64,000 nt of DNA, taken from the NCBI GenBank assembly GCA_951406725.2, contig OX597824.1:43896001-43960000 (forward strand), in the 5' to 3' direction. Position 1 is the stretch's first letter, and every line of letters starts with the position of its first letter. The position numbers and the translations under genes are program-made. Shown here piece by piece: positions 38,414-50,928 of this stretch. The notes beneath the pieces were generated by a model that did not search any database, had not been told where the DNA came from, and worked only from the letters and a program-made list of their open reading frames with translations. The DNA is from Octopus vulgaris. Taxonomy: Eukaryota.

Positions 38414-41055
38414 ACTGCCAAATTGTAACTGGAAAATCAAATTAAATACAATTAAATTAAGTATCACTATAGTTAAGATCAAAATATGACAAATCATGCT
38501 ATGGTACCTCAATCACCCTGGTATTTCAACCATTCACAAAGCTTGTCCCAATGTTTTGACTGCTTGACTGCTAAACAGTACCCCTTGTATGCACAGGAGT
38601 GTTGTAACTCAGCAGTGTCATATATTTGTGTATAAATCGGAAAATATGGAAATGTGCAGGGTGGGTAGAGTGAGGCAACAAGGTGGGAGGCACTGATGCC
38701 AGATGTGAGAATGATAGCAGAGGTGTTAAAGATGAGATATGACAGACCTAAGGGAGAGAGCTTGGAGAGAAGGGAGAAATAACAGAAGGCACAGAAAAAT
38801 AGTGATTAGTAAAAAGTAATGTGGACAGGGATAATAATGAGAATGAGTTTAAAAGTGGTTCCAAGGGGAGAAGGAGGTAAGTGGAGAATAAAATCTGCAC
38901 TGTTCAGCTCTCAAACAATTACAGTAGCTGAGTAGTACCATAGTTAGAAGAGTGATGGGGGATAGGTGTTAGAATGGTGAAATGTGGGGGAATGCTTGAT
39001 ATAGGCAGATTGGGTGCATGAGCTAATATGTACAGGCATAACTATAATACTTTTAAAACCTCACTTTCACCCTGATGGATGAAGCACAGTAAATCACCAA
39101 TCATCTTGGTTCTTTATCATCTCTTCCCAAGAGGCTCAATAACCTGATGTCAGTCTTCACTATGTCATCCCACATCTTCCGGGGTGTCCTTCTTATATAT
39201 TGTAAAGTATAATGTTGTGTTATCAAAGTATATTATATATTGTAAAGTATAATGTGTTGAAGATAATTTTCCCTCTTTTCTCTTAAATCAACATGTTAAC
39301 ACTCCTCCAACATTTTGGTGACCCTGAAATGATACATAGTAAATATATAAATTAGTGGTTCTCAACTGGAGTCCATATAGGATTTTGTTGCTAAGGTTTA
39401 TCAGCAATAAATTGGTTATACTTCTACAAAATATTTCAACTATTTTTTTATACAATTTCTATTAATATTTAATTATAAAAATATAATGGGATTTTTTCAA
39501 ACATCGAATGGTTTAGAACCAGATATAAATCCTGCAAGTATTCTTTGCAAGTTCTATCCATATTTAACAATCAGCACTTCTTAATGCAATTGTTCTTAAC
39601 TATATGCATTACATGATCGTACCAATAAAGTCTTCTCACTTGCACACCAAATTTGATAACTTTTATGCCCAATCTTTCTCTCAACACATTTGCACTTTGT
39701 TGTACATGCACACTCAGCAGATCATGTTCATTTCTTTCTAGTCTTTGCATGTCTTCTGCATTTGCAGCACATGTTTCACTACCATGTAGCACTACTGTTC
39801 ATGCATAAACACCATACAAAATGTTTTTCACTTTGAGAAAGACATTTTGTTATCAATAGAGATAACAGCTCTTTAAACTTTCTCCAGCTAGTTCATATTG
39901 CAGCAACTATACTTTCAGAACATCTTCCCCTGCTAATTAGGAAACAGAAACTATGTACCTCTTGGGAGCCTTCTGAATATTTGAGAAAATCTATTTTTCA
40001 TGTCCTTAGTGTTTATTGCTCCATTTATCAATTGTAAACATTGTAATGCATAATCATCATCATTTAGCGTTCGCTTTCCATGCTAGCATGGGTTGGACGG
40101 TTCAACTGGGGTCTGTGAAGCCCAGTCTGATCTGGCAGTGTTTCTACGGCTGGATGCCCTTCCTAACGCCAACCACTCTGTGAGTGTAGTGGGTGTTTTT
40201 TACGTGCCACCCGCACAGGTGCCAGACAGAGCTGGCAAACGGCCATGGACGGATGGTGCTTTTACGTGCCACCGGCACGGGGGCCAGGCGAGGCTGGCAA
40301 CGGCCACGAACGGATGGTGCTTTTTACGTGCCATAATATTAAGTATTATCAACAAAGCGTGATCAAAAGAAACTTATCCTCTTTTCTCATAATTCAGCAT
40401 CATAATATATACTAAATAAACTCTGCAAGTAATTCTTACAAAGCAGTACTCATTCTAAGGAGACAATGATGATATGTAAAATGATAGAAAATAGTTAAAG
40501 ATAGAAGATTTGTAGTTTATGGAGGTGGGGGGTGAAAGAAAGGTGTTAAGGTCAATGCAATAAAGTAATAAAGTCACTGAGAAAAATAGTTCAATTTTTT
40601 TGTTTACTAATCATTCCAATTTTAGGTTTCAGCAAAAGCAGTTATCCTCTTTCACATCTTTATCTTTTTAAGTTTATCTCTACAAATTTTCTATAGAATT
40701 CACAGCCAGCACTGAAAGTTACAACGTTTTGTATATGAGAAACGTCGTAAATTTTATCTGTAGAGATAAACTCAAAAATGAAAACATCGCACTGCTAAGA
40801 CAAAAGGCATTGACTTGTAAACCTTGAATATACTTCGTAGTATATTATAGTTGCAAAACAAAATCTGTATATTTGCTAGCCATTAACATCTTTTATGTAT
40901 TGGATTCCTAGACACAACAAAATAAGTTCCTTTATTTCCACTGTTTTGATCAATGTTGTAACACAAATTTACTATTTTTAATAAAATAAGTAAAGTAAAA
41001 AGGTATGAAGAGTTTCAATAGCAGTGTTACGTTGTAATTAAGGGTTAGTATTTAG

Positions 41056-43403
41056 TAGGCCTCGAAACTGGTTTTATATCATGATCAGTAAACCTGAAAC
41101 GGATTTGCCAAAACCGATTTTAATGCTTGCTGCTTCTATTTCTTTTTTTTTTTTTTGCAAAACATTTCTCCATTTTTTCTTTTAGAAATATCGTTGAAAT
41201 TGAACTGTTGTCGGTCGCCTTTAGTTGAGAGTGCTGTAGGTTTATTTGAAACATATCACATATCAATTCTCACCTTCTCTCCCCTTGAACCTTAGATCAG
41301 TACCTTGTCATTTCCTTTGCTAACTCCTGGCTGACTCTTTGAATTTGGAGGTAACAGAGTTTATTCATAGCAAGTCAAGGGGATGCTGTTAGTCTTCAGT
41401 CAGATGATCTTTCCCATTGAGCATATGTAATAACCAGTTCCAGATTCATTTCAAGGAAGTAACACTAACTAAATTTTTTCTTAATTATTTTCATTAGCCC
41501 TAGCATGATAAAAAGAAAATCAACTATTTGGAATTTTTTTGACAGGAAAAGCAAAGATGAAATTCAATGCAATAAGTGTGATAAGATCACAAAGTCTTCT
41601 GGGGGATCTACTACATCTCTGATTCATCTCTGATTCTACGTCTCTGATTCATCAAATCAACATAAATCAAGATGCAAACCAGCCTCCTGTGAAAATGACA
41701 AGAACAATGGAACACTTTTTAACAAAGAAATCAATGGAAGAAGAAGTTTCAAAGTTAGCTGCTTTGAATGGATTCTCTTTCAATTCAATCGCCAAAAGCA
41801 ATTTTATACATAGAAATCTTCATAGTCAGAGAGGCAAATATGATAAATTACAACCAACATCTGCAAACGGAGTCTGGAATATGGTAATGAATTATTACAT
41901 AACCAAGAAAGAAGAACTTATTCTTTATTTTGAAAAAGAAGTAGTGCTGGGGATTCGCTACTCATTGACATTGGATGAATACACATCAATTCAAAATAAA
42001 CGATATATGACATAAATGTTCATGGGAAAGACAATCATTGGTCGTTGGGTCAGTAGTTAGACCTTAGGTCTAGAACCAAAGACGAAATATGGTTTGTTGT
42101 GACTAGCTTTTATAGAGACTAGGAGGCTCCAACGGGAAATTTAGAAGACTGTGTCACGGGACCTTATCAGAAGGCTGTGATTGGTTGGGTTGCACATGGG
42201 CGCGTAATAGAGCAAGAGACAAATTGCGCCAATACCAACCAATCAGAGTAGTGGACACAACAGGGTCCAAACAGCTGAAGGCTAGCTGTTATCTGCTACG
42301 TTCATATTTATGTTATATATGACAGAGAGAGAAAATTTCACTAAGCTTCCGCTATAAACACAATGCATTCAGTATTTTACCTGACAAACTTGTCCTAATT
42401 TTTGTGTTGAAAAGTCCAGTAATTGGAAAAGCTCTTTCCGACTGGACACTATAAAGTTTCTCAAGCTTTTCACTTCAGTTTGAAGTTGCTTCAAAATATT
42501 CGAATTCTTTAGAGATTTCAAATCCATCTGTTATTATCTTGGGCTCTTCATTTTCTTCTTTGTGCTTGTATATTCACACATGAGTTCATTACCTTCGTAA
42601 GTAGATGGGACAATGGTAACACTTGTTTTTAGGTTCCCTCCTATTTCATTTTCTTTGTATAATTCTGTTGTGTTCTCAACGTCATGTTCAGGAAATAATC
42701 TCCTTATATGTTCGTTCAGCATACTTCCTTAAACGTTGTTTCATTAAAAAAAGAAAACATCCAGAAATTGATTCACCTTTAAACTTCCTTGGGTTATGTA
42801 AATATCTCAAGAGAGTCAAGGTTTCGACATTTCTTCTCTTATTATATCTATGCATAAGTCTTTCATGAAGATTTAGAGCCAAAGGGTTGCCAACAATATT
42901 AAGTTTATTCAATAAAAATTCTTTTTATTTTCCTACTGGTACTTGCACTCATTTATCCATTTTCGCTTTTATTGTAAGCGACCGTGTGGTGTATTAAAAG
43001 AGTCATTCATTCGTCACCTCTCCTTTTGCACGGTCGTTCTACATTATCTTTAAAAGATTATTTTCGAAGGAAAGTGAATCATCAAGCAAGTCAAGAAACT
43101 TGACTGATTCTCAAAAATACGACTTGGAAAAACTTTGCATTCCTGATTAAATAAATATAATACCATTATTTTTTGTTACTGTTTGTACATAGATACAGAT
43201 ACAGGCACCATCAACATATTTGTGGATATCAGTCAACCAGTTGCTTTCTCTCTCTTTCTCTGTGTATGTATATAAACAAAATACAATACACGACAAACTT
43301 CTTCGTGACAGGGACACCATTCTAAATCCGCGAAAACCGGTTTTGAGAATTACTTATACTTAAACTCAGTTTTGAGAATTATCGTTTTTTTTTGCGAGCC
43401 CTA
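41056..43403 (+). mobile_element. hAT transposon (BED finger, Ac/hATm-like), internally rearranged
   Basis: TIRs TAGGCCTCGAAA / TTGCGAGCCCTA. Perfect 8-bp TSD GTATTTAG at 41048-41055 and 43404-43411. BED finger STIWNFF...CNKC...GGSTTSL and RYSLTLDEYTS on plus; SVQSERAF dimerization domain on minus. Confidence 0.92.
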
Positions 43404-44599
43404 GTATTTAGTAAAGAGTTCAAAAGTGAAAATATCAGTAGCGAAAATATATTAAAGTCAGACTAAGACTGCTATAGAAACGTTTTGTTTGTATCTCTCT
43501 TAGCCCAAGGTCATCTCTATTCGAGCAGACCTATGGATAGAATACCTTTCAACCATAATCAATGTCTTCTCCCCCAGACCACAAAGAAAATCAGTGTATC
43601 TAACAAAAACATTCTCGTATGTATCCATTTTAAAGCTGTAGCATGTGAAATGGAGATTTAGTTACTATTTCTAGTAGATCGAACGACACACGCTGAGGCT
43701 CGTCATCAATTAGATGAGTAAATGAAATTTGCAGCCGCCTTTAACCAAGTTCAACTTATTTACAGGTCATCTCACCAGAGCGCTCAGCTGCATATTCTCA
43801 CAAGTTTGGAGAGGGGGGGACTTCCAAAAATTAGGAGCATTGTTTCTCCTTACCTGGCTTCTAAATAATAAAGCAGTATAAGAATAAAACGCAAAAAGAC
43901 AGGATGATCATGACTGGAATTTCTTTTGATTATAGCTTTCTTGATCAGAAGTAACCGAGGGCCAAAAGCAGAGCTATCCAGTTTGACATACCTCATCTGT
44001 TTAGAACATTTCTGCACAATTACGAAAATTATCTAAAATCAAAACTAGCAAAAGGTTATTACAGATTTCTCTCTCATTCTAACTTTAATTTTCCCATCTA
44101 TTACTCTCATCTCAACTGAACATCCTCTAATCCTTCCTTATATAGATTATGACAGAAACTTTACCTACCAAGTTCCTAAAGTGGTGATGCCAATATAATG
44201 CATTTTATAATTCCAGACAAAAAGTAAACTAATATTTCCTGTTAACTAAGTTGAGACATGAAACAAAAGAGGTAACTTATTACTCAGAATCAGAGAAACA
44301 GTTATCTGTACAGGGGATAAAATAGTTTTAAAACAAGACACAATACAATAATGTAGTTTCATTTAGATCCGTTCCTAATTCCGTACAATACATATATTTT
44401 ATTTGAGTGATAATATTATCGAAGGTAGTATATTTTATTTTAGAATTCACATATAAATAATATGGGGATTTCCTATTTTACTTTCGTAAATTCGAATTTG
44501 TATTAACAACTCGATTAGCATCTCTCATAGACACCCTGCTACTCCTCGTTTTATTGGGAATCAGAACGAAAAAATTACAAATCAGCAGATAATCAACGA

Positions 44600-44945
44600 A
44601 AGGAATACAATTACGACTCTGACTCGACCTTTGTCAGATTCAGCGACTTGTATTGCTTGGTGTGCCCGCCGTGGATTGTTAAAGAACACAGTATCCGGTG
44701 TGCAACGTACAGTGTGAACTTATAAATATGAGAGACATTAACGACGGTAAAATTTGGTACTGCAACACGTGCAAAAATAAAGCTAGTATTCGTCAAAGTA
44801 GTTCGTTCGAAAACAGCCATCACAGTTTGTACAATATCATCCTTCTATCATATCGCTGGGCCTACGACTTCTCTCAGAATGACATTTCTCCTGAGATTCA
44901 GTGCAACAAGAATACTTGTGTTGATTGGTGCCATTTCTGTCGTGC
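44600..44945 (+). mobile_element. Merlin/IS1595-like transposase N-terminal fragment
   Basis: Encodes DGKIWYCNTCKNKASIRQSSSFENS..SL..IILLSYRW...TCVDWCHFCR. Confidence 0.75.
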
Positions 44946-45081
44946 GTTGATTTTACAAACTTGCAATAAATTTCTAATCATATTATTAAAGTAGTTAATA
45001 ATGGAAAACCAAATTCAAACTGTTTGATGAAACGATTTCAAAGAATACCTAAACGAAAATAAACGAAATAGATATTCTTAC

Positions 45082-45130
45082 GTTATCAAGGTTCCCGCCT
45101 TTTGCCGAACACCGGTTACTTCCGGTTATA
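45082..45130 (-). other. MGME1: Putative non-coding first exon of MGME1
   Basis: Strong donor AAC|GTAAGA at 45081 in a small CpG-containing patch next to the ZNF830 start. Coding exon 1 has an acceptor, so an upstream exon is expected. The 5' boundary is unknown. Confidence 0.5.
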
Positions 45131-45349
45131 TATTACATTAATCTTATCCGCCAATTGTTGTATCTATAATTATGCGGCTATATAGTTAATGAAACTTTTA
45201 AAATTTTCAAAATATTAATTTTCGAAAATACGTATGTTGGAATTGTTTTTTACATACGTGATTAAATATTTTTGTAATCAAAAACAAAATAGTCGAAACT
45301 ATTTACTAAACAAGTTACTAACTCTGGTTGAATTGTTATTGAAGATGGC
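45082..45349. promoter_or_regulatory. Putative bidirectional promoter MGME1/ZNF830
   Basis: Divergent genes. ETS/GABP-type ACTTCCGG at 45118-45125. YY1-type AAGATGGC at 45342-45349 overlaps the ZNF830 ATG. CpG is locally enriched. Confidence 0.6.
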
Positions 45350-45457
45350 AGCTTTCAAGAAGAAACCCGTCTCCAAGGATGATTTGCGTCGTTTAATGAA
45401 AGAAACAAAAATTACTGTTCGAAGCAAAGACAAAAAAGTTGATCATCCTCATGCAAA
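45345..45457 (+). CDS. ZNF830: ZNF830 (CCDC16) exon 1
   Basis: Good Kozak context aagATGG. Encodes MAAFKKKPVSKDDLRRLMKETK...KKVDHPHAK (LRRLMKE and I.SP.AKYN-like motifs). Followed by donor GTATCCTT. Confidence 0.9.
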
Positions 45458-45654
45458 GTATCCTTAACATCAATTGAATATTTCATATTCACACCATTTT
45501 AACTTTATAACATATTACTTCTGTTCCACGATAGTTACTACATTTAAGTATTTTATTTTTGATAAAACTTATTGAAGGTTATGTTTATAGTGTTCTAACA
45601 GCAACTTTATATTGTTACATTGAGGCCTGCTATATATGTGTGTGCGCGTGTGTA

Positions 45655-45812
45655 TCCGTCTTCCCTTCCTTGGATCTTTCCTTTTTCTGTGTTTCTGACG
45701 AAGAGCTCCGCTCGAAACGTTAAATCCTCCTTCTTTCTTTCCTTTCCTGAACGTCCAATAACACTATACTTGTTCCACGTCCTCGCGTTGTGTTTTCATT
45801 TTTGGATTAACT
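45655..45812 (+). mobile_element. Solo Penelope pLTR-like repeat with hammerhead-like core, flanked by TA repeats
   Basis: TTT-CTGACGA-A-GAGC-TCC-GCTC-GAAA-CG-TT-AAA at 45692-45724. Confidence 0.65.
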
Positions 45813-46793
45813 ATATATATATATATGTTAATGCGAGGGTACTAAGGCGAAATGTAGGTTAAAACTGAAATTTTATAATTGTACTTATATTTCGGCATAG
45901 AATATTAATATTGATAAAAATTTGAAAATACATAAGGCAAGATCTGGAATGACATGATACTGACAATACAACTTCCTAAAAATAAATATGATGCATGTAA
46001 CAATTTGTTGAGAAAAGAACTGCTCCTGTACTACTCCAAAAAGCTGGTATATGTGGAATGAAAAAAAAAAGATTGTTCACAGGAAACAATCTTTTGTTTT
46101 TTTAAACTGAAGAAAGCAATCTTAAAAGATTATACTTTCGATTCCATTATATGCTTGTAGTTACTTTCACGATATGATGGGCCATACATATGTGAAAACT
46201 GGTTTTACATCACAGAAATTTTGTACAATTTCTTCGTTAGGTTGTATGAACCAGGATACCATAGAGTATGTAAACGTAAGCAATTTATAACAGAAGTTAT
46301 AGCATGGTTAAAGTGGGAATTACTTCATTTTCTTTGAGTTTATTTTTTATTTTTATTTACAAAAGCAACAACTATTTTAAGATAATTTCATACTCTAAAT
46401 GTAACATGGAGAGAGGTTATAGTTTTTACTTTTACTTTCCACTTGATATTTATATATAATTTTAAAATGTATCATGTTAATAACAGCATTTGTCAGTTCA
46501 TTTCATCCTTGTCTTTTTCAAAAATGTTTGTGCTAGTACAATTAAAATTTGAAGGTTTTCTGTTATATTTACATCATTCAACGCATTACTCATTACTGGG
46601 CTGGAACCAAATTATGAATTTACAAGATAATTAAAAATGTGATATCCATTTCAACATACATGTGTGTAAGTCTCCTCCTTTCATTATACTGTACAGTTAC
46701 TCATCATCGTTTAACATCTGCTTTTCATGCTGGCATGGGTTGGACAGTTTGACTGAGAATTCACAGGGGTAGTTTTTGATTAATCATTTAAAA

Positions 46794-48215
46794 CAGGGGC
46801 TCCCAACATGGTCCATGTGGACCACAAGGTGGTCCACAGGAAAATTCAGATGGTCCTTGGAAAATTCTCTGTGGTCCATCTGAAGAATTTAACTTTTTCC
46901 ATACACACACGTCACACAAGCAAAATATGCCTCATCGCAGATGCGTAAGCACAGATGAGTGCACTCATTACCTATCGGACAATTAGCTATCCCATCATAC
47001 ACAGACAGGTACGGACGCGTACAATCAGATCCACATTTGCACGCATTAAAAACACACAAAAAATTGTGTTCTCGGCCAGCCAAGGTGATCAGGTTTTCTA
47101 CCTGACTTTTGAATTGAGGATTACTAACGAAACCTCAGTTCTTAAAGCTTAAACCAACATATCATATTATCTCTCCAGGTACATACATTTTTATGCAAGT
47201 GTTAGTCTAATTTTAATCTGTAGAAATTTTCTGTCAGTGCTATGGAATAACGTTCCCTTAATTCTCCATCCACCAACTCGGAAAAAAGATTCTGTAACAA
47301 TATCACGAAGATGTGGTTTTGTATCCAGTGTAGAAGATCCCTTTTTACCACAGTGTATTTTCTTCTCAAAAGTATTAACTAACGACTCAGTGAAACCCTT
47401 GAAATTGTTGTATCATCTACAAAAAATCCATCCTGGTTTATTTGGCAAGCCAAAGGAGTACTTTGAAGAAAACCATTGCATAAAAAATGTCTCATCTTCT
47501 TTACTCAAAAATTTCCTTGTCCATACTAACAACTGTTCTGGTCTGCAGGCATCCTAAACATTTCGTTCATGATAGCAAACAAGGGTCGCCCACATACCAT
47601 TGGCAAAGATCTGATTAGGCCCTCCATACTTCAAGCATATAAAGTTACTAATTTGCCGAACACTACATCAGTTTTAGCAAGTATTCCACTTTCAAACAAC
47701 ACTGTATCTTCCCGCATTTGTGAAATAGCCGAAGATGTCGAATCCACAGTTGTAGAAGGCTTGCGACACTACAGATTCTCATTGACAGTGGATGACAGCA
47801 CTTTTGAAAACAAATGTGCTTTGCTTGCTATGTGAAAGGTACCACAGTTTGTGAAAAACCTACTCTTTATGAAAACCATACTGAAAAACACGGGAGAGAC
47901 GATCTACAATGCAGTCATGGATTATCTTACGAAAAATGGTATTGATACCCTCAACCTCATATCAATATGCACTGATGGAGCACTGTCTATCATTGGCAAA
48001 TCCCAAGGTTTTGTTGCCAGATGGATAGAATTTAATCCCGTCTTCACAATTCATTGCGTTCTCCATCAAGAAGACCTGATAGCAAAAAGAACCAGAAATA
48101 ATATATTTTCTGAAGCCCTAGACTTAATTGCTTCTGCAGTAAAATAAATCAAAAGATCTGCTCATCAGGACAGAAATTCTTTGGAAACCACAAAGATCAT
48201 AACTTTCTGTAGTTC
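46794..48215 (+). mobile_element. hAT Buster/Charlie (ZBED5/SCAND3-like) transposon, 3'-truncated, inside the U12 intron
   Basis: TIR CAGGGGCTCCCAAC after ATTTAAAA. Motifs PQC..KVL.NDS.KP.KL..HL, PHTIG.DLI.P, PLSNNTV, ICTDGA and HCVLHQ. Confidence 0.9.
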
Positions 48216-50276
48216 ACAAACTTAAAAACTGTTGTGGTAGATAACGACTTACTTGGTGGGAAATATCAGTATGGGCTAGTGTGGTGGAGAAATAGGAATT
48301 GTTCAGAAATGAGGGAATGACGAGCAAGACATAGAAGTGATGCAAAGGGATATGTAGAGATTTGTAAGGGGTAGCTATGGTGAAAGAAATGAGATGGCAC
48401 AGGGAATGGTAACAGGTATGGCAGAGGAGTGGGAGAGTAACTGGAGGCATGTGTGAAGGTTGAGAATGAGGAATGAAGAATTATGTTTGGTAGATGTGTG
48501 TGTGTATTTAAGTTTATTTATATATATATAGAGAGAGAGAGAGAGAGCCTCATTAGATTGATTAAATTTATTAAAACTGAAGATATATATATATCTCATG
48601 TTTCATTATATATGTGGTAAAATTCATTATCATCATTTTAGCACATTTTTTTGCATGTATTGAATGTCTTCTGAAGCATTGTCTTGCCAGAGTCCTTTTG
48701 TGAAGTCGCCCTTCACAACTTCTTCCCATGTCTTTGGTCTATTTCTTCTGTCTTCTTTGCACTTGATTGTTTGAACCTTCTTTATTCACCCATACACATG
48801 TCCATACCAGATTCAACTAGATAATACTTTCCCAGTCTAACTAGCATTAAAAATAATAGATACTTGTATGCATACATCTTTGGTAAGGTAAACCACATAC
48901 TTCCCAAAGTTATTCATATTCACTAAGTCCTGATTTAAGGACATAGCTAATGTAAAAATTAATCTTCAGCATTATTTAAGATGACTAATGTAGTTTTATA
49001 TTACAGTGTAATATTTGGTGCTACGAGGAATTTTTTTTAGAGTTGGTATCACAATTTTCCACTGGCTGAAGATTGTTTCAGTACCATATGCTGCAAGCCA
49101 CCTCTTGGTCGAGATTGCCAATTACTCCAAAGTTAGACTATTTTTATGATGAAGTTAAAATCCCTTTATATGAATGAGATTTCAACAGACATCCACTTGT
49201 CTTTCATGTTTTAAAAACTAGCATAATATTGCAATAAATTAATAAAATTTTCATGCTTTTACTAAACACTTCCAACCCAGTTTATTTTTTAAATTAATTG
49301 AAACACATATATTGTATACTTGTTAGAAATATAGTTGCAGAAAAGCTTTAAAAAGGTACATATGAACTAGTAAGTTGTAATGCTCAAACATAATGTTTCT
49401 AACATATAGTTACTATTAAATGGTGTGTATGACTGATAAGACTAAATATCAAGAGAATTGATCTTCTGCAATTTCTTGATTGTTTTTTGCTTGTTAGTTT
49501 TGTATATATTAGTATTATTTATTGATTGATTAAAAATGGAAAACATTTTAAAATATTCATTACAATGATTTGGTTATTAGGGCAACATGAAAATATTGTT
49601 GTGACTTGGTGGTGGCGGGGTAATGAAGAGGGGATATTAGCTTTACTTGAGAGAGGTTAGGCTTACACAAATATTTATTTCAAATTTTGATACAAGGCCA
49701 GCAATTTTGGGGAAGGGGTAAGTCAATTAGATTGACCCCAGTGCTCAACTGGTACTTATTTTATTGACCCCCCCACAAAAGAATGAAAGGCGAAGTCAAC
49801 CTCAGCAAAATTTGAACACAGAACATGAAGACATGAAATTCTGCCTTAAACTCACAAATATTAACAAAGAATGAAAGCTGTTTTGAAAAATACAAACCTG
49901 TTAAAACTACAGTAGTATTACAAACCCATTCAAATTACAGTAGTAAGGAAACAATCTTCATGGGTTAAAACAGTTTTACCCTGACTTAAATATACACACG
50001 TATTTACAAAATATATTATTCTTAAAATGAAGTTCATTTTTGTAAAAGAGGAATAAAATAGATTGCATGGATTTTTAATGGTTCCAGAGAGATAGCAAGC
50101 ACAATCAACCCTAGCAGGATTTGAACTCAGAATGCAAACATTCATTTTGTTTCCTATAATATAGTTCATGTATTCTAAATTACGTGATTGGTTTCACATA
50201 GCAAGCAGTATTGTACTTCTTTTATATTGTTGGTGTACCATCACAAATATTCCTTGACAAATTTTTTTTACTCCAG

Positions 50277-50376
50277 ATACAACTGTTTGGGACAGTTAGT
50301 ATGTACTGTATGTAACACTGCACTAAAGAGCTCTCTTCTGTGGAATGCACATCTTCAGGGACGTCAACATAAAGAG
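50277..50376 (+). CDS. ZNF830: ZNF830 exon 2 (C2H2/matrin-type zinc finger)
   Basis: Encodes YNCLGQLVCTVCNTALKSSLLWNAHLQGRQHKE. Donor GAG|GTAC. Confidence 0.93.
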
Positions 50377-50928
50377 GTACAGACTGTTTTGTTTTTGAGT
50401 TACTGGAAAACTTGTTTGAGTTTCATTTGAATCCCTTATGTCATAAAGTGGGGGTACAGTCTTTGCATGACTTTTTATTGTTATTGTCTGACTGTGAGTT
50501 ATTGAAGTTAATTTTAATTATTGTTTTTCAGAGCTCTTAGGGAATTATAGGAATGTGTTTTTCATCTAAAGGCTGATCTCCCCTAGAATAAAATACCTCT
50601 CTTGATAACTAATTTTCTGTGGAAAGAATATTGTATTATCAAAGCTTTTGCATACTTTGTACAATGACCTTGTTTTTTTTTTATTATGAAATGCTCTTTA
50701 TCTGCTACATTTCTAATTGGGTCTTTTTTCATCAAAAATTAATCACTACAACAATTCTGAATTAATAGTCATCAAGATAATGATATTAATAATTATCTTG
50801 AGTGTATCTTAATACTTAATAGACTAATAGCAACTGTCCTGGGCAGCTTTGAAAATAGTTGTATAAATGGTGTTCAGAAAATTATATTTTTCTCTGGTAA
50901 AAATTATAAGTTAACAAATTAAAGGATA

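Larger units (their letters stand above)
45458..50276 (+). other. ZNF830: U12-type (minor spliceosome) GT-AG intron, 4819 nt
   Basis: 5' splice site GTATCCTTAA fits the RTATCCTT consensus. Branch site TTCCTTGAC at 50250-50258 has its A about 19 nt before the end of the acceptor CAG. Splicing restores the conserved AKYN. Confidence 0.92.

Noticed and set aside
38414-38512. N-terminal hydrophobic extension of the 267-aa ORF (possible signal peptide)
   Set aside because: It starts at a non-ATG codon and crosses a good acceptor at 38429-38430, so most of it is intronic.
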